From a virus, in the IMG/VR virus record IMGVR_UViG_3300045988_115142: a stretch of DNA of 64,000 nucleotides; one strand, 5' to 3'. The position numbers and the translations under genes were made by a program. Below, one piece after another: positions 61,802 through 64,000 of the stretch (position 1 is its first letter; each line of letters begins with the position of its first letter). The notes beneath the pieces are model-generated. The model had not been told where the DNA came from. It did not search any database and worked only from the letters and a program-made list of their open reading frames with translations.

Positions 61802-63742
61802 ATGCCTTATTTAAGTTCAATCTGGGTAGCTGCCAATAAAATTGGTCATAAAGAATCTGCAGATTATGGCTTATTTAAATATACCAACGGGACTGAAGAA
61901 ACTAAAGTTGCCACTGGAACTTCTCCATGGGGTGTTTTAGTTTGTCGTGATAGACGTACACAATACGTTGTTAACCAAAACGACAATACCGTATCTCAAG
62001 TTCGCGATGGCTCTGTAGTTGCAGAGATCGCTACAAATGGTTCTTCTCCTTATGGTATTTGCGAAGGATCTATCGCTGATAAACATGGCGATTATCCTGT
62101 ATTCGTTACCAACTATGCTTCTAATACTGTAACTAAAATTGTTAATGGTAAAGTAAATGAAGTATTTGGTGTTGGTCAAGGTCCTCGTGGTATTTGTTGC
62201 GATACAGATGGTAATATCTGGGTTGCTAACTACCTTGACAACACTCTTTCCGTAATCTGGAAAGGTATGACTCTTTATGAAGGAGTTGTAAACGTAGCCA
62301 ATGGTCCAGATGGTATCTGTTGTGACTCTCGTGGTAATATTTATGTTGCTTGTGCTATTAGTGGCGTAGTAACTAAAGTTTCCCACCAAGTTAAAATGGC
62401 TGATATTACTGTAGGTGACGAACCTCGTGCTATTGCTGTTGACTTATCCGACAATATCTGGGTTGGTAACTTCTCTTCTGGTACTGTAACTCGTATTAAC
62501 GGTGCAGACTTAGAAACTTCTGAATTTATCTGTGGTCGTGGTCCAATCTCTATTGGTGTGACTAAAGACGTTTCCAATGATTACCAAATCGTTGTAGCAA
62601 ACTACACAGATAAAAATATTGCTATTCTTGACCCAACTTCTGGTGCTCGTGTAGAAAAAATCGAAACTGCATTTAACCCAGTAGCATTTGGTGACTTCAC
62701 TGGTTTCCAATCCTACTTAATGGGTAAAAAATATGATTCCCAAAACCCAGACGGTACTGACCGTGTAACTTGGGATGACTTAGCTCCAGAACTTCAAGAA
62801 ATGATCAAAGGTATGGTTGGTCTTCCTCAAGTAGTTAAAGCTCCTGATGTTATTCTTTTGAATCATCGTAAGTACCCAACAGTACAAGTAGCTTTAGACC
62901 ACTTGTTATATGAACCAATTGCATTGAAAGGTTTCGGTATCACTAAACCAGCTAATGGTATTGCTGAAATCGGTTCCACTATTTCTGAAGTTGAATTTGG
63001 TTGGAATTTGGAAAACTCTGACAACGTTGCATCTCAATATGTAAACTGCACAGCTAATCCAAATGCTTCCGTTGGTTTTGTTTCTGCTGGTATTAATACA
63101 GCTAAGAAATCTGACGTTAATATTACTTCCAACACTACTTGGGAATTAGTAGTTAGAGACCAAAACAATATGGAATCCAAAGCTCAAGCTTCTATTAAAT
63201 TCTTGCCTAAGATTTACTACGGCGTTTCTGATCGTGCTGTTGTTAAATCTGATGACATTCTTAAACTTGGTCATTCCGAATTCATCGAAATCGAAGATGG
63301 TCGAGTTAAGAAAGAAATGCATTTCGACGCTACAGGTGGTGGATACATGGTATTCGCAATCCCATCTGCTTATCGTTTGAATGCTGGTGGTGACATCACT
63401 ATCGGTGGTCTTATTAACTCCGACTGGAATGTAAAACAAAACTTCCGTGTTACTAACGAATCTGGTTATACTAATAACTATGACGTTTATACATCTGGTA
63501 ACTTACAAACAGATGAAAACATTCCTGTTTTGATTAACTACCAAACTACTAATTCTGATTCTACTGATTTACCTAACTCTGCTGGTAATCATAGACTTCC
63601 AGATCAACCATCCGCAGATGGTACTGGAACAACTCCAAAACCAGGTGCTTCTGTAACTACATTACATATCTCTTCAGAAGATGATACAGTTACTCGCACT
63701 GAAACTCCATTAGTTGATGGATATAAAGGTAATGAAGAATAA
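61802..63742 (+). CDS. NHL-type beta-propeller protein with a fibre-type linker motif and a C-terminal beta-rich domain (646 aa)
   Basis: AAAGGAGG RBS. Repeated blades GPRGICCDTDGNIWVANYLDNTLSVI, GPDGICCDSRGNIYVACAISGVVTKV, EPRAIAVDLSDNIWVGNFSSGTVTRI and GPISIGVT..., followed by TWDDLAPELQEMIKG. Confidence 0.8.
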   Translation: MPYLSSIWVAANKIGHKESADYGLFKYTNGTEETKVATGTSPWGVLVCRDRRTQYVVNQNDNTVSQVRDGSVVAEIATNGSSPYGICEGSIADKHGDYPVFVTNYASNTVTKIVNGKVNEVFGVGQGPRGICCDTDGNIWVANYLDNTLSVIWKGMTLYEGVVNVANGPDGICCDSRGNIYVACAISGVVTKVSHQVKMADITVGDEPRAIAVDLSDNIWVGNFSSGTVTRINGADLETSEFICGRGPISIGVTKDVSNDYQIVVANYTDKNIAILDPTSGARVEKIETAFNPVAFGDFTGFQSYLMGKKYDSQNPDGTDRVTWDDLAPELQEMIKGMVGLPQVVKAPDVILLNHRKYPTVQVALDHLLYEPIALKGFGITKPANGIAEIGSTISEVEFGWNLENSDNVASQYVNCTANPNASVGFVSAGINTAKKSDVNITSNTTWELVVRDQNNMESKAQASIKFLPKIYYGVSDRAVVKSDDILKLGHSEFIEIEDGRVKKEMHFDATGGGYMVFAIPSAYRLNAGGDITIGGLINSDWNVKQNFRVTNESGYTNNYDVYTSGNLQTDENIPVLINYQTTNSDSTDLPNSAGNHRLPDQPSADGTGTTPKPGASVTTLHISSEDDTVTRTETPLVDGYKGNEE

Positions 63743-63756
63743 TCATTAAACTATTG

Positions 63757-63781
63757 GGCATCTGGATAATTTCCAGATGCC
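63757..63781 (+). terminator. hairpin ggcatctgga-taatt-tccagatgcc followed by a T6 run
   Basis: 10-bp stem followed by tgatttttt, 15 nt after the stop at 63742. Confidence 0.75.
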
Positions 63782-63814
63782 TGATTTTTTATCTTTAAGA
63801 AAGGGGACTCTAAA

Positions 63815-64000
63815 TTGGAAAAAGGTATTGAAGAAATCACAACGACCAAGATTAGAGGAACGAATGTTTCATCTCCTATTCGTCCATTTACAACTGTAGA
63901 TAAATTCCCTACGGCTCATTCTAATGAGTTATTGGGTGGTATGCATAGTTGTAATACCATGGACGAGATGTATGAAATTCCTAAAGAACGTCGTCAACTA
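63815..64000 (+). CDS. 5' part of a fibre/baseplate-associated gene, truncated by the window end; paralogue of 42669..43427
   Basis: Not in the ORF track. TTG at 63815 follows AAAGGGGA by 7 nt. The translation EKGIEEITTTKIRGTNVSSPIRPFTTVDKFPTAHSNELLGGMHSCNTMDEMYEIPKERRQL aligns with GTNVASGIAPFKTTDNYATHYEEYGQGGYRSVKTIEERNAIPKKRRKL. Confidence 0.55.
   Translation, partial: MEKGIEEITTTKIRGTNVSSPIRPFTTVDKFPTAHSNELLGGMHSCNTMDEMYEIPKERRQL

Noticed and set aside
60502-62710. Minus-strand ORFs opposite the plus-strand block (60502..60813, 61060..61251, 61232..61528, 61937..62389, 62341..62577, 62510..62710, 63146..63439).
   Set aside because: They are antisense to ORFs with strong RBSs and recognisable repeats or TM helices. 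They have no start signals.
1-64000. Evidence for prophage boundaries, integrase, transposase, tRNA or rRNA genes.
   Set aside because: No ORF shows integrase or transposase motifs, and no cloverleaf-like sequence was seen in the few intergenic gaps. Prophage versus free phage cannot be decided from this window.

Overview
AT-rich, densely packed, almost entirely minus-strand late/structural region of a large tailed phage or prophage. No integrase, att site, tRNA or CRISPR is visible. The host is probably a diderm Firmicute (Negativicutes, Veillonella-like), because three encoded trimeric autotransporter adhesins have the lineage-typical periplasmic coiled-coil/SLH extension after the YadA anchor. 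From left to right the window holds: (1) a head-morphogenesis block with a T4 gp21-like prohead protease, a very acidic Asp/His-rich scaffold-like protein and a lysozyme-like protein; (2) about 35 kb of fibre and tailspike genes. These include five BspA/DUF285-type LRR proteins, giant multi-domain fibres of 1737 and 1014 aa, a double-SPRY protein, a beta-helix depolymerase-like tailspike and an 1800-aa tandem-repeat fibre; (3) a 14.6 kb accessory island (43.6-58.2 kb) with four radical SAM/SPASM enzymes in two operons flanking three tandem adhesin genes; (4) a short plus-strand block with membrane proteins and an NHL beta-propeller protein. The most unusual element is a 442-aa protein whose last ~36 residues look like a SCIFF/ranthipeptide core (CX3CX3CX3CX3CX2C...). 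It is bracketed by two radical SAM/SPASM maturase-like genes, which suggests radical-SAM thioether cross-linking of a full-size phage protein. Other notable signals are a family of perfectly palindromic terminators with a conserved CCAATATTGG centre, and a same-strand overlapping ORF pair whose codon usage switches frame.
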